Source of the DNA: Bispira polyomma
Lineage: Eukaryota
Length of the DNA stretch: 64,000 nucleotides
NCBI GenBank assembly: GCA_965649765.1
Contig: OZ287758.1
Span: 39,990,001-40,054,000, forward strand
Reading direction: 5' to 3'
Shown here in pieces: positions 22,845 through 36,228 of the stretch (its first letter is position 1; every line of letters begins with the position of its first letter). The notes beneath the pieces were generated by a model. That model searched no databases. It saw only the letters and a list, made by a program, of their open reading frames with translations, and had not been told where the DNA came from. A program made the translations under genes and the position numbers.

Positions 22845-25800
22845 GATGGATCTGAAAGAACAGCAGAATCAGTAGGTAAGTATTTATTTATTTTAATATT
22901 TTATGTTTAACGTCGCTTTCAACAAGGTGACATTTAAGGAACCCAAATTAGACGTGGGAGGGGCGTGTGTTACCACTAAATCACCGAGGCCCCACCACAC
23001 CCCTAACCAATCACCCACTTTCTCTTTAGAGTTAATACAGAAACAATTTATCACCACCTTAAACACATTGTGTAACTTGTAGCATTTTCCCCTTTCATAT
23101 TCGTCAACAAATAGCTATTTAGAGTCAATAAGGAGAAATTTAACGGGACATCAAACACAATTTATGGTTTTTACCAACAACATGTGAGGATAATAAAAGC
23201 ATTGACAATTTTTTATGGATGAAAACCGTTCATATTGATTCTGAGAATGTTTAATTGTATTTTTTTATAATTCCAGTCATGTAGTTAACTACTTAGGTGT
23301 AGAGAAAGACAGACTGGCTGTGTTGACTCTTGGTAGAACAGATGAATTACAAAAGAATGGACTGGACTTAATCACTGTGTATTTTTTGTTTCTTTTTAAA
23401 GGATAAAATTGTAAATTGCTTTCAATGTATTTAACATTCAAAGACAAACTATGACCCATATTCTCCAAAAAAAGTCAAGCTCGAAAATCAGTTTAACTCC
23501 TGTATGTGGAAGTAACCTACACTTGTGACCCTGTTGATTCCTATAGAGCTTCAGTGCTGACATTAATAATTACTGTCAGATTTGATGTTATGCTATCACT
23601 ATAGATAGGGAGATACCTTAGATTAGAGGTTGAGTTTCTGTTGAGTTTGATTTGGTTTGGAGAATACAGTCTCATTTCTAGAAAGCTGCCAAGCTTTGTA
23701 ATGTGTAGTACATTATGTGTATAATAGTATATGTAAAAAACTGATTAAATAACAAACTGTTCTCCACATATGCTATCCATGATTGTATTCTAACATTTAT
23801 ATTTTTACTGACGTAGTTGCTAATATATTATGTTATTGTATATACTATTACGTGAACACAAACATTTTTTCTGTGAAACTATAGGACCTACAGAGGTGCT
23901 GATTTTGGAGAGATAACTTGACATAGTCAGGATCCATGATTGTGAAAATAAGTGATAAACATTGGTTGTTACACAAAAACAGATTTTAAAAGGGGGATCC
24001 CTAATTCCCACCATGGATCAACATATACTTGGGTGTATGGCACCATTAATTGACTAGGTCATCTGGATCTATATGTACATTAACTTACTACACTAAAAGT
24101 GTTCTTGAAGTAGTCTTATCTTTCCTGTACAATCAAGAATGCTTGAAGGGATTAATTAATAATGGTGCAGGTAATTACCTCACTACCTAATTTCTATTTA
24201 TTCTCATTCACAAAGAGATTAGATCCTGAGAATTGCCGTGGAAATTGGATTAAGGTCACTTTAATTACCACAAAAAAAAAAATCATTCCTTAATTTGGCT
24301 CAAGAAATTTAATGGACTGGTCAGATTTGATCTAATCTCCTGGGTTTATGTTCAAGTTGGATATCCTGAGGTCCAAATTGTATGTCAAATTTTGTGTCTT
24401 AATCATTATTCAGATTTGATCTATAATCTTGAGGGCAAGGTCAAAGTGGTCAACTTGTGACACGTTCAAAATAATGTTCAACATAATAGAGGTGTAGTAT
24501 CCAAGTGTAGATTTTGTGTTACCTATAGAATATATTCCACTTTTAAAACCTGCAAGAATCCAGTTTCATAGACCTGCTTTTGTTTTCTTCTTTTTTGAAA
24601 ATATTATTACATTTATTTATTATTTGTATTTTGCTTTTTGCATGATTATGCTTTCCTCTAGATAGGGGGTGTACAGTGGGAGAACCATGGTAACCATGGT
24701 TACATCGTGTTGACTAGGTAATCTCAGAACTTACAAGGATTTCAGCTTTCATATTTGGAATACATATGGAGTCTGTTTCAGTGATGGTCCATTTGTAATT
24801 TGGTATTAATACAGCTAGAAATAAGTGAGAAACAGCCATTTTCTGTTTTGGGGATCGTGAGCTTTCATTGAAGAGTCCATTACCGTCTATTTTCGGTATT
24901 TTGTTTGTAGTCAATTTTCCATCTTCATGGAATAAATTAACTGAGTTCATCAACCGTTTCATTAACAAATAGTTTGGCTGTTTTGGTGAATAAAAGTAGA
25001 ACACAAAGTAAGGTCAAGTGATCTTCCGAACATGTGCATCAATACCCTCATGCTAATTTATTCCCACAAAGACGCAAAATTAATGAGACAGCAATTTTAT
25101 AGCATATGTCTTGACACGGGCCTGTTTTCGACAGAATAATCAGTTCTGTATTTGTATTATTTTGTATTATCGCCCACTGAAGACCACTGTGCTGTACTGT
25201 ACTCGCAAATTTCGGGATATTGTAGGCACATGCACAGTCTTCATAAAGCCATACCAAATAGAAGCAAGTATCCTTTATCTGTTTAATATATAATTTTAAT
25301 GAAAAATATATAAGTAGATATAGTTCTCGAAATCGATTTTGACCGTTAACTAGTGACTGGTCTACTATTTTCGGACTTGTCAGTAACTTGCTTTGTGGTT
25401 GCATTATTATGATATTGCCCCCATGCCATTCTCCTCTTGTTACTTTCTTGTACTTCAGTATTGTTTCTTTTAGAATCTAATATTATTTTTTTTTTCTTTC
25501 ATTAAATGTATTTCTTTCTTTTTTCGACAATTGTATCTTGTTGTGACTTTTAGTATCATATAGTGGAACATGTTATTCTTGAATAAATATAATGCTAAAA
25601 TCTGGTTTTAGTTTAGTTTTGACACAATCTGGTTTTGTTTAAACATATTAACTTGAGATTGAAAATTGGTAACCTTAATTATCTTGTATAACTTACTAGA
25701 AATGTAGACAGACTGTAGGTTAGAAAATATTTTATATTATTTTACAAATAAAGATTGCCTCAAACATGAATAACCCAAAAGCCACATTCAACAGTAGCAG

Positions 25801-27159
25801 AAACCAGTGCTGAGGCAATGTAAACGTTCCACCTGTGGCAAGTACCTGACAAAGTTTTCTGCATAAAGGAAAGAACAGAATCCACATTGGCAAGAGGCCA
25901 GTGATTATTCCCATTCTGTTCCAAAGGTGGTAGCAGTTTTTTATATAACTGACAGCTTCTTCATTTTATTCCAAATTCAATTCATTGAGGGATATAGACT
26001 AAAAATCATAATGCCCTCATGGAAGGACCTTGCACAAGGTCTACCTGAATGCATGAAAACCAAAGGTTTGTGAACCTAACTTTAATCTGGGTGATTACCT
26101 TTTAAGGCCATAAACCGTTGCGAAGTGTCAGTTTCAGGGCTATAGCCTAAAACATTTGACATGTATCTATTGTGGTTATTGTATTGTGAGACGTTGATAA
26201 ATATACAACCCTATAGTACCATATAGACTTCTTTATCAGTGTAAATTTTGTTGTACTTACAATGCACATACACCATAATACACAAGGAGATTGACTCTTT
26301 TTATCAGCAATATATTTACACATATCTTAGTTCAGATCATCTTAAGCACTAGCCTTGCTGAAAGGCTGATGGTTGTTAGAAAGGCTTATTCAATTTGGAA
26401 CTAAATCAAAATTTATAATACTATAATATCCCCTTTTTTCTAAAAGGGTTTGATTCTTAACCATAGGTCAATGTAATGTACACATGCTGATTCACATTCT
26501 TACATTTTCATACAATTACCCAATACAAGTCAGTATTGTTACCATTTTTAAACAAGGCCTCGAGAAGAAGAGGTGTTGTACCAATGTCCAGAATAGTTTA
26601 GTGTAATACCCTGGCATTTAGTGACCTCTTGAAAAAGGGGTGTGAGGCCGAGGGGTTTTATTAAAGTTTTTTTTTAGAAAAATTACAGTGCATATGTTTA
26701 ACATCATGTATTTATATGAGTAACGGCTATTTTTTACTGGCTAAAAGGCGACATTTTACATTAATTTACTTAAAATAAGCACGTTATTATGCTGAAATAA
26801 ATGTATACACATATTTAGAATTAGTTGCACAAAAACAACCCCCGCAAGTTGTTGTGGACAGTTTTATAAAGGATGTCATATACTTGCCTCCCTGCATTAG
26901 ACTTATTTTAAAACAGTTCTATATTTGCCTCTGTACATTGAACTTTTAAGTTTAAAACAGGTGTATTTGTTTGTGTGTTCTATATGTATATTTATATGCA
27001 ATGGATAATACCAATATTACAAACAGAAGACTTGTGGCAGAGACAACTAATCAACTAAAGACAGTTGTAGAAAAGCACCCAGATGTACCTAAAGGGGGTC
27101 TGGTTGTAAAGGTATTGTAAACTATCTGGTATTTTTAGTTATTATTCTACAATTATGAT

Positions 27160-27478
27160 CTTCTACGCGTCTACTCAAAAGCCAGTTAAACAGTTTAGTT
27201 ATAGCTTTGCTTTTGATGCTTCCATTGTTTGGAATGCTCTTCCTGATGTGATTTGTGCATCCCCTCTCTAGCCTCTTTTAGAAAGCAGCTTAAAACCCAC
27301 CTGTACACCAAGGCATATCACCTTAGTCTTAATCATTCCTTGGTGTTCTCTGTGGTGCCAACCTTTTTTCTGTCCTTAGATATTGAAATTAGATCACTCT
27401 CTTGGTGCTGTTGTGCCTTAGAGTCCCCTTCGTAAAGGGGGAGATTAAGTGCTATAACAGTCAAATTACAATTACAAT
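27160..27478 (+). mobile_element. L2-like LINE 3' fragment in ADH-2 intron 1
   Basis: SFAFDASIVWNALP...LASFRKQLKTHLY; (ATTACA)n-like tail. Confidence 0.75.
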
Positions 27479-29342
27479 CTCACTCAAGAGTTTTAATGGG
27501 TTGTGTGTCATAGGCCACTGTTGTTTTTGGTATTGATGGAAAGCTTGGACTTCAGAAATGATAAATCTGATGTGTTTTTTTAAAGCTAGGCGTCATATCT
27601 ATAAATATGTGAATTTTGTCTTGACACAAACAGCATATTCAACTTCTATAATTATAGCTATAGCAACAACAAAATTAGGTGGCATTCAGTTTACCAGACT
27701 TGTCTTTTAAAATCTCAGAAGTAATGAAGATACAACATTAGTTTGGCACAATAAATTTGTTTCGGTCTTTAAATGGGAATTATTATTTAAGCATTGCCTA
27801 AATATTTAATTAGAAATACACTGAATGGGAACGTTGTATGCATACTGGAGATAAATAACTAGTAACTCACTAAAATCAATTTGTGATCAGGCCATCATCT
27901 TGTGCTCATCAAATAATTTAGTTAGGTGCTCAACACTAGATCATTTTGTCATTATCACTTAATATGTTATGCTTACCAATTCATCTGTTAAGCATGACTA
28001 ACTAAAACAAAAAATTGCTGTGTTGACGTTTTTGAAGGTCACGAAGCTGCTGGTATTATTGACCGAATTTCCAATCAGTGTACTGACAGTGAGTGTTTTT
28101 ATAATATTGTTATTTTATGTATACTAATGTTGTTTTTCTGACCTATAATACAACGTCTTAGCTTAATCCAGGACTCGAGTATCAGCTTTCAACAAAAACA
28201 ACAATTTTGATTCTCAGTAATAATTATTGTGAAACACTACAAGGAAACGCAGTAGAAGTTGAACTTAGTTTAGTTATATATGTCGCTTTCAACGGCTCAA
28301 CTAACATTCATATTCTTAAACTTAGAAAATTTTCTTATCTAAGAATTTCTTATTTTTAGAATGAAATCATATTCACAAGTCAATTCTTAGGTGACAATTG
28401 TGAATAGAAATTATAATCATGTGACCACTGTTTACAATACCATCATCTCCAAATATGGAGAATAAGCTTTTAGTGAATACAAAAATTCTTATTCTTTCTA
28501 AAAAATCTGAAATGTAACCTGTTTTAATCCAGAGAGCCTGATAGTGGGAGATAGGGTAGTGATCTACAGCTGGGGCTGGTGTAGAAAATGTTCATACTGC
28601 TTGACTGGTAGTCAGTATTGTCAGGACAGAGCTTCTCCAAACATGCACGTTTATGGCTTAACAAGAGATGGAGGGTGAGTTACAATAATTTTCTTAGTCT
28701 TAGCCAATGAGATTCTTTGAAACAATATTTTGTTGCCAATCAAATTGATTTAGACAAAAATTTAAAAAAAAATTAGAACTTTTGTTTATACCAGCCCTGG
28801 TATATTTAATTGCTACTAGTAAATGTATGGAACCCCTTTTAGGACATATAAATATTTGTTTACTTACATCCTTTATCCCTCGTCATAGCAAGATAAATCT
28901 CATTCTTGCAACTTAATTATCTGAGACGATAGTCTGGAGTAAGTCATTTTGATGAGATAAACGATGCCTCGCATGCAAAACACAATATAATACAAGTAAC
29001 AGCGTAAAAATATGTGCCTCCATAGCAATGCAATAATAGTTCAATGTTGATGTTCAATGTTAATTATATTCAGGTTTTATTTTTTATTTTGGCACGTACT
29101 AGAAATGTCTGAATTGCCATTTAATTCGTCGTTTATTCCAATGATACTGCAATTTTTTTATCCAATACAGATATGTTTTCCAATTGGCCAGGTATTAAAG
29201 TTTGTCCGGGTTAGGTCTTGGAAACTGTGAGACTGTGAAAGTTTATATTTGGTACAAATATTTCTTAGTGGGTTTTTGTGTCACGGGCTGATTTCACCCA
29301 AATGCTGTGGGGTTTTGGCAAAAACTAGGACCTTTTGATCAC

Positions 29343-29456
29343 CAGGGGCCTATTCACAGAGGGACTTAGCCAAGTGTTAGGCTTAAATCAGTATACTATT
29401 GTGCCTAAGATTTAAGCCTAAGACTTGGCTGAGTCCCTTCTTGAATATGGCCCCTG
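29343..29456. mobile_element. Short palindromic MITE
   Basis: CAGGGGCCTATTCACAGAGGGACTTAGCCAAG...CTTGGCTGAGTCCCTTCTTGAATATGGCCCCTG fold-back. Confidence 0.7.
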
Positions 29457-30651
29457 ACCATTTAATTGACCTTATATCTAGTACCAGGATTTATGTACAG
29501 TAGTTTATTTATTGTTTTTGCATGCTCCCTACAGCAAGTTGGACAAGATAATCGGTTGTTTATTTTCCATTGACATAGTTATACATGTACAATATTCACT
29601 CATCACAGAACCACCCTAACATAATTAACATTTTTAACCCCAACAGAAAACTATCACTGGGACCTGAAGCAAATCTTTCGGGTTGTAAGTTACAGATAGC
29701 TGGAGTCACTAAAACACACACCACAGACTACTTCCAGCATTCAATAACAGCCATACATATAATTTTTAAACTAAGGAACTCAACTGTTCCAACAATTTTA
29801 TTTGTGAGGAACTGAAGAAAATTAAAATAACCTTTTGGATGTATTGACTGTTAGGCGACAACATAGAGGTGGAAATAGTTAATTAAAATCTAAATATCTG
29901 TTAAGGTTGGTATTTCTTTCTCTATTCTCTCCTCTTATTAGCCAATTTTATTTTGGTTTTTGGGGTAATAATGAAAGTCAGTGCTTATACAAGTGTGGGA
30001 GATTATAAGTAACTTTAAGTTACAAACAAAAGGTGTATAATTCCCCCGGAAAAAGTAAACTTGGTCCATTTCTATAGCATATGAACACCAATTACTTTAT
30101 ATTGATTAAAAACAATTATTTTCTGGTGAACTTTGTCCTTTTCTATGCAATGACCACCAATTACTATCATGTAGATTCCAGCAGTACACGGCTGTGGCTG
30201 ATCCTTTCTCTGTAGTCAAGGTCCCTGACATCATCACCTTGGAGAGAGCTTGTCTGGTACCTTGTAGTGGTATTACACGTTACAGTGGCCTCCTACAGAG
30301 TAAAGACAGTATAAAGACGGAGATAGGAATTACAGGTACTATAAGGCATTGTAAATAAATATCTAAAGTGAATACAGTCTGCCTAATTTAATACAATTTG
30401 AATATATCTTGACATTTAGTTTCAACTTGCAATTTCAACAAAATAAAATTACAACTGTCTCAAATTAATAACCAGCTTTACAAATTATAAGCATATATTA
30501 TTAACATAATAGAGTATCAATACTGATATACTGTTGTGTAGTAGACAAAATATAAAACTATTGTGTCAGGTCGAGCCAGGATCCTTCTTATGGGTGTAGG
30601 AGGACTCGGTCTTTGGGCCATAGAGTTTGCAAAGATTATGTATGGGGACAA

Positions 30652-30900
30652 ACTACCTGTTTGTGCCGCAGATGTCTTTGTAAGTGATATATCTAGTACT
30701 TGTTTGTACTACAGATGTCTTTGTAAGTGATATATCTATTACTTGTTTGTGCTACAGATGTCTTTGTAAGTGACATGTCTAGTACTTGTTTGTGCTACAG
30801 ATGACTTTGTAAATCATATGTCTATTACTTGTTTGTGCTACAGATGTCATTGTTAGTTATATCTAGTGATTGTTTGTACTTTAGATAGGTTTACAAGTGA
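30652..30900 (+). repeat. ~43-bp minisatellite duplicating an ADH exon end and donor
   Basis: TACTTGTTTGTGCTACAGATGTCTTT|GTAAGTGATATATCTA, about 6 units. Confidence 0.85.
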
Positions 30901-31559
30901 TGTTGCTTGTTTAAAAAATGTGTCCCTTTTAATAGGGAGAAAAATTAGACCAAGCTAAAGCAGCTGGAGCGGACATCTGTGTAAAGACTTCAAAAGAAGG
31001 TAGAGTGCTCGGACCATCGTCTCCAAAACTCTCGGACTAAATCACAACATATAATGTCTCCATATGTTCACAGTTACTGGTTATAGCTTTCTTAGCTAAA
31101 ATATGTATGTATAAGCCTTTTTGGTTTGGTGTAAGAGTAACTTCAGTCTTTTTTGTTGCACTTTTATAACTTTAATAAACCTATTATTAGGTAAAAAATG
31201 TTTGGTCCGGTTATACATTCAAGAATGTACCACGGATCAGTGAGCTAATACCAAAATCTATGTATTGTAATATGTAAATTGTAATATGCGCCTATGCGCC
31301 TTTGCTTGTTCCTATAAATGGGGAGGGACATGGGTCAAAATAAGTGTCAACTGGGGAGGCTTATAAAAGTCATCCATTGGTAAAAAGCATGAGAAGCATA
31401 AAATGTCTCGACTGGAAATAGATCCACAAAGTCTCAAGAAGTATTTGCCTAGAATATTTTATGGTTCTTGATTTGTGCACAACCGCCACTCGGATCAACC
31501 TATGTGTGTCATAAAGGCCATTTGTTTATTGTAAATAACATTTTTAACTACCGCCTCTA

Positions 31560-31838
31560 AACTTGACAGTATAATTAATATGTACGTGTAGGGTCTTCAG
31601 TCATTGTTAATATTTACTTGACAGTATAATTAATATATACATGAAGGGTCTTCAGTAATTGTAAATATTTACTTGACAGTATAATTAATCTATACATGTA
31701 GGCTCTTCAGTTATTGTAATTATTTACTTGACAGTATAATTAATATATATGTGTAGGGTCTTCAGTTACTGTAAACATTTACTTGACAGTATAATTAATA
31801 TATATGTGTAGGGTCTTCAGTTATTGTAAACATTTACA
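31560..31838 (+). repeat. ~55-bp minisatellite abutting an ADH acceptor
   Basis: ACTTGACAGTATAATTAATATATATGTGTAGGGTCTTCAGTTATTGTAAACATTT, 5 units. Confidence 0.9.
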
Positions 31839-32202
31839 GATGATGCCCAAACTGCTGCCTCTAAAATTGTCATTGCAGCTGGAGGAAAGATGACCTCTGC
31901 TATAGACTTCGTCCATTTTCCAGCTACTATGGATACTTGTTTGAAGTCATTGGCTACAGTAAGCTTATTAGTGCATTTCAGTATTCTCTAAACAAGTCTC
32001 AAATTCAGAATAATGAAGTTCTAATTTAACGTCCCATTTCTCAGGCTGGAATGAAGTTACGTAAAATCTAACTGCATAGCTAAAATTAGCAATTAAAGCT
32101 CTTGTAAAGAGTAGCTTGTGGTCTCCCGTAGACTAATGGTAAATAAATGATAAAAAGCTTCCCAATTAGAGTAGAATTTTTGGAATTTTTCAAAATTGGG
32201 AT

Positions 32203-32437
32203 ATTAACGTCCACTCTAGTACCTGTTTAGGTTATATTAGGACGGGTAGTTGGAAACGCTTTAGGAAACACTGCATAAAGTTGATCAAGATTCTGCACTG
32301 AAACTAGCGGCCCACAGTAAGGAAGTGCCACCTTTCCCACATAGGCATTGACGGGATTCAAACTCACGCCGCCCAGAGGTGAGAGACCAGTGATTGTGAA
32401 GCGCAATGCTTGCTAACCACAATGCCACCACGGCCCC
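32203..32437 (-). mobile_element. tRNA-derived SINE (duplicated counterpart of 362-603)
   Basis: Same sequence and same left flank as 362-603. Confidence 0.85.
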
Positions 32438-32440
32438 GGC

Positions 32441-32670
32441 AAGACACAAACAGTCATGGATGTCAAAAGTAGTTAATTAGGGCCAGACACAAACAGTCAT
32501 AGAAGTCAAAAGTAGTTAATTAGGGCCAGACACAAACAGTCATAGAGGTCAAAAGTAGTTAATTAGGGCCAGAGAAAAACAGTCATAGAGGTCAAAAGTA
32601 GTTAATCAGCAAACAGTCATAGGGTCAAACGTAGTTAATCACAGCCAGACACAAACAATCACAGAGGTCA
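32441..32670 (+). repeat. ~43-bp tandem repeat at the ADH-2 deletion breakpoint
   Basis: AGACACAAACAGTCATAGAGGTCAAAAGTAGTTAATTAGGGCC, about 5-6 units. Confidence 0.85.
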
Positions 32671-34033
32671 ATCAGGCTTTCAAAAAAAGTTAGTTTCACC
32701 TACAAATCAGCATATGAAATTGGACCTTAATTATCTCGATTTATTGAGATATTATCTCGGTCATTCAAAAGATAAATAAATAAAAAGGTTGGCCCTTGTA
32801 TAAAAATGTTGAAATTTTTTTTTTAATATTTGCCCTTATGTTTTTCCATAGTATACAGTGTTAAACATAATTAATATATTTGGATGACAGAATTTTTTCA
32901 CTAAAATACAAGAATGTACATGCTAATGTATCAAATTAATATATCATATCTATATCTAGCATTTCAAATGAAGTGCACAGACTTAAGTTGAAGTGTTTAT
33001 CACGATTAATGTAGTTGGGTGGCAAACAACATGTTTCTAATCAATCTGTACAAAATAGGACAGCAGCAATGGTGATTTAATGTGACAAAAAATTAATTAA
33101 CAAGTAAACGAGTGTTAAAATTGTTTTATTTACAAAAACAAATTTTATTTTAATGAAAATAATGTAATGAGTCTAGGGTATGGGAAGTGTAAGTTTTTAA
33201 CCTTTAAATGTGTTTTAATTCTACTGTGCTACTGTGAATGAGTATTCATTACTATGTATGTACATATAAATATGATATATTCATTTCATTTTCATATTTA
33301 CATGTACATTCTATATTTTCATTGAGCATGAATTCATTATCACTTGGAGGGAAAAAAAACCTTACATTGTGTTATTGTATTACACGAGCAATTATTATAT
33401 TGTGCCCCTACCCGGGTATTTTCTTATAGATGTAACCTCAACATGATTCTTATTAAAAAACCCATAAAATTACCTAAATGCACAATTGTTATTATATAAT
33501 CATATGACATAGAGTTTATTATTTAGATTAAATCTAAAAACTGCACAATGATAAAATAAATAAAACATCTTAAAGTGTTGGCTGATATTCATTTTGTCAA
33601 TGGTCTATATAGTACATTTTTAAAAAACGTGTTTTTTTGTATGCCCTTCATCACAAGTGTGTCAACATAATAAGTATTTGGGACATAAAAAACATGCAGC
33701 CTATATAAGTGTATACAATTCAAATATCATTTGTTGTGCATGTAGCAACTTCATCATCTGTTTGGTACTTCAATCATGTATATTAAACAGTATTACATGG
33801 CCATATTTCTATTCTTGTATGTCTGTAAAAATGTAAACCTCTATTATCTGAATAGATATAGCTATAATTATACATATAACTTATGTATAATTCAGTATTA
33901 TTCTGTATGCAATGACCACAACAAAATCCTGTGTTAACTACACATATATGCTTTGTACCTTAATTTGGTTTCATAAAAAATAATACAACAAAAAATAGGT
34001 TATTGCATGTGGTTTCGTATTTTAGGTTAAATA

Positions 34034-34465
34034 CACTGGTCAAAACAAAATAGGACTCAGTCATACAAGAGTAGGTAATTTTAAAAGTGTGGAGAATTTT
34101 AATTATTTTGATATGTATCAGTATTAACATATCCATTTTCCTTATTCTAAGCTCTTGTTGATTTTAATAAAAATTTCCTTAGAACATTACACAGAAAATC
34201 ATGTGATGGGCAAGAAATCTAAAGTCACAAGTACACAGATTTGTTCTTGACATCTGTTGTCCTGTGCTTGTGACTTTAGATTTCTTGCCCATCACATTCT
34301 TTGCTTGGTAATTGCTTAAAGAAATTTGGAGGGGGAAGCAACAATAGCTTGAAATAAGGAAAATAGATGTGTTAATATGAATACATATCAAAATAAATAA
34401 AATTGTCCACACTTTTGAAATTAACAACATTTATTTGTCTGAGTCCTATTTTATTTTAACCAGTG
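34034..34465. mobile_element. Tc1/mariner-type MITE with TA TSD
   Basis: TA|CACTGGTCAAAACAAAATAGGACTCAG ... CTGAGTCCTATTTTATTTTAACCAGTG|TA; the empty site GGTTAAATAGAAG is present in unit 1 at ~13150. Confidence 0.9.
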
Positions 34466-36228
34466 TAGAAGTTTTATGGCTAGATTGAAGTGCACTCATG
34501 CTTGCGTACTCATCCTTACGAAAGCTCGGCAGTATGAAAGTGTTGAGAATGATTTAATTGTACTCTTGCCACTGTGTGCTCATCCTTACAAAGCTTTGTG
34601 GTATACACTCGTGCTTGCGTACTCGTCCTTACAAAGCTTGGCAGTATGAAAGTGTTGATGTGTTAGATCGTGCCCTTGCCCTGAACATTATACAGTATGA
34701 GATCTTGCATACACTCTTACTAGTATTTAAAGAATGACATCATTTTATATGATAAAGCTGTTCATACATTTATAAAAACTTGTAAATACATACTCGTTTA
34801 CCCACACCGATATAACCATAACTTGCGATTTTTTGTACTAACTGCTTTCATTAAAATGTTATAGGGCCCACAGGATCAGAACTATGTAAATTGTTTGATA
34901 CATCATTTATTAATATTTACACACATTAGTGTTTCAATGTAAGGATTTAATGCAAAGCTTTATTTAAATATGATGGATCGGTCATCAAATATTAAAACTT
35001 TAACAATTAATTTTTTTCTGATGGAATTGATTGAAGATCCTGACATAAAAAAAATACTTTTTAAAGATAATATTTAAGTTATTATTTGAATTTATATATT
35101 TGGATTTATTACATGATGCTTACTGTTTTGTTGAGCTTGACATTATTTTTACAATGGCATTTAAATGGTAAACATTCCATTGAAAAATATCAGAGATATC
35201 TTAATTTAAGTTTTCACTGGCTCTTTTATTTCACTTATGTTACATTAATGCCGAAACATTACTACATAAACAAATGATATATGTTCTATTTACAAGCAGT
35301 TTCTATTCTACACACAAGCACATAATTAGTGGCACTTTATGTTGATTTATTTGCAATGTATAAGATGTATAAGGTATTCATTTAAAAATTATCCACAGTC
35401 ACATCAGGGAGGTAGTTTCATTTTCGTTTTTGGTATGTCTCTTATCCATTAAGCTTGGCAAATGTAATCTCCTCTTAAAATAATTAATTCAGACTTTTTT
35501 AACCTAGCTCGGTAAACTATTGCAGACCTCGAAATTTTACCTGGATGAAAATTTCACTAATTTATAATATTAAAAAAATTCTCCCATTTTTGCCGATATC
35601 TCCAGTTTATGCCCAGATGTTAGACGTTAGAAGATCACACAAGTTCTTGCCATCTGGAGTAAACGGCTCTATAAATGGAAAGGTGTGAATGTGACATTAT
35701 AAAATAGTTAAGAAATTACTTACTGGGGAAAACTTTCGCTAATGCAGTTAGTTGGGACACGTTTCAGTTAAACAATTGTGGGATATTTTTCTCTCCTATA
35801 TTTAGCTTGATCAATCTAATAGTGTAGTTGAATTTAGTGGTCCATTGAAGGATTGCAATGATAGTGGAATATTCCATCAGAAAAGAGGAAAAATTAAGGA
35901 CAGAAATTTAATGATATAGAAAAACATAACAGTAGTTGTTGGGGATTTGAATGCAAAATACTGCATCATTTGAAATAAGCACATTTTGAAAGTGGTGAAA
36001 GTTATTTTTAAAGTTACGCTAAAAGGAAATGGATATTGATTTATTTGTATTGCCTTAGAAATAGCTATTGGCCACATGCATTCAGAGCCAGGGCAGACAA
36101 TTACATGAATGACATGACACAGATTGACATAACTGATGTGAATATAGCATTCAATATACAGTTTACAATTACGAAATACGTACTTTATGTAAAAGCACAT
36201 TTTATCAGATATATTGTAATAAAACAAA

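Larger units (their letters stand above)
11665..24575 (+). repeat. Tandem segmental duplication, unit 1 (paralogous to ~32718-47761)
   Basis: Colinear similarity from AAATTGGACCTTAATTATCT (11665 vs 32718) through the IgR gene to GTGTAGTATCCAAG...ATAGACC; 1-605 also matches 31129-32437. Confidence 0.92.
27001..31958 (+). pseudogene. Zn-dependent ADH (MDR) copy 2. Exons 27001-27111, 28038-28088, 28533-28674, 30175-30335, 30570-30679, 30936-30999, 31840-31958; no CGICHTD exon or last two exons found
   Basis: GHEAAG, VGDRV, structural-Zn CRKCSYC...C, LVPCSGIT, Rossmann GVGGLG, AKAAGAD and AIDFV. Phases are consistent from the GHE exon onward. Confidence 0.85.

Noticed and set aside
27481-27560. 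Possible remnant of ADH-2 exon 2
   Set aside because: Only vague similarity (TGTCAT); no CGxCHTD frame or matching splice sites.
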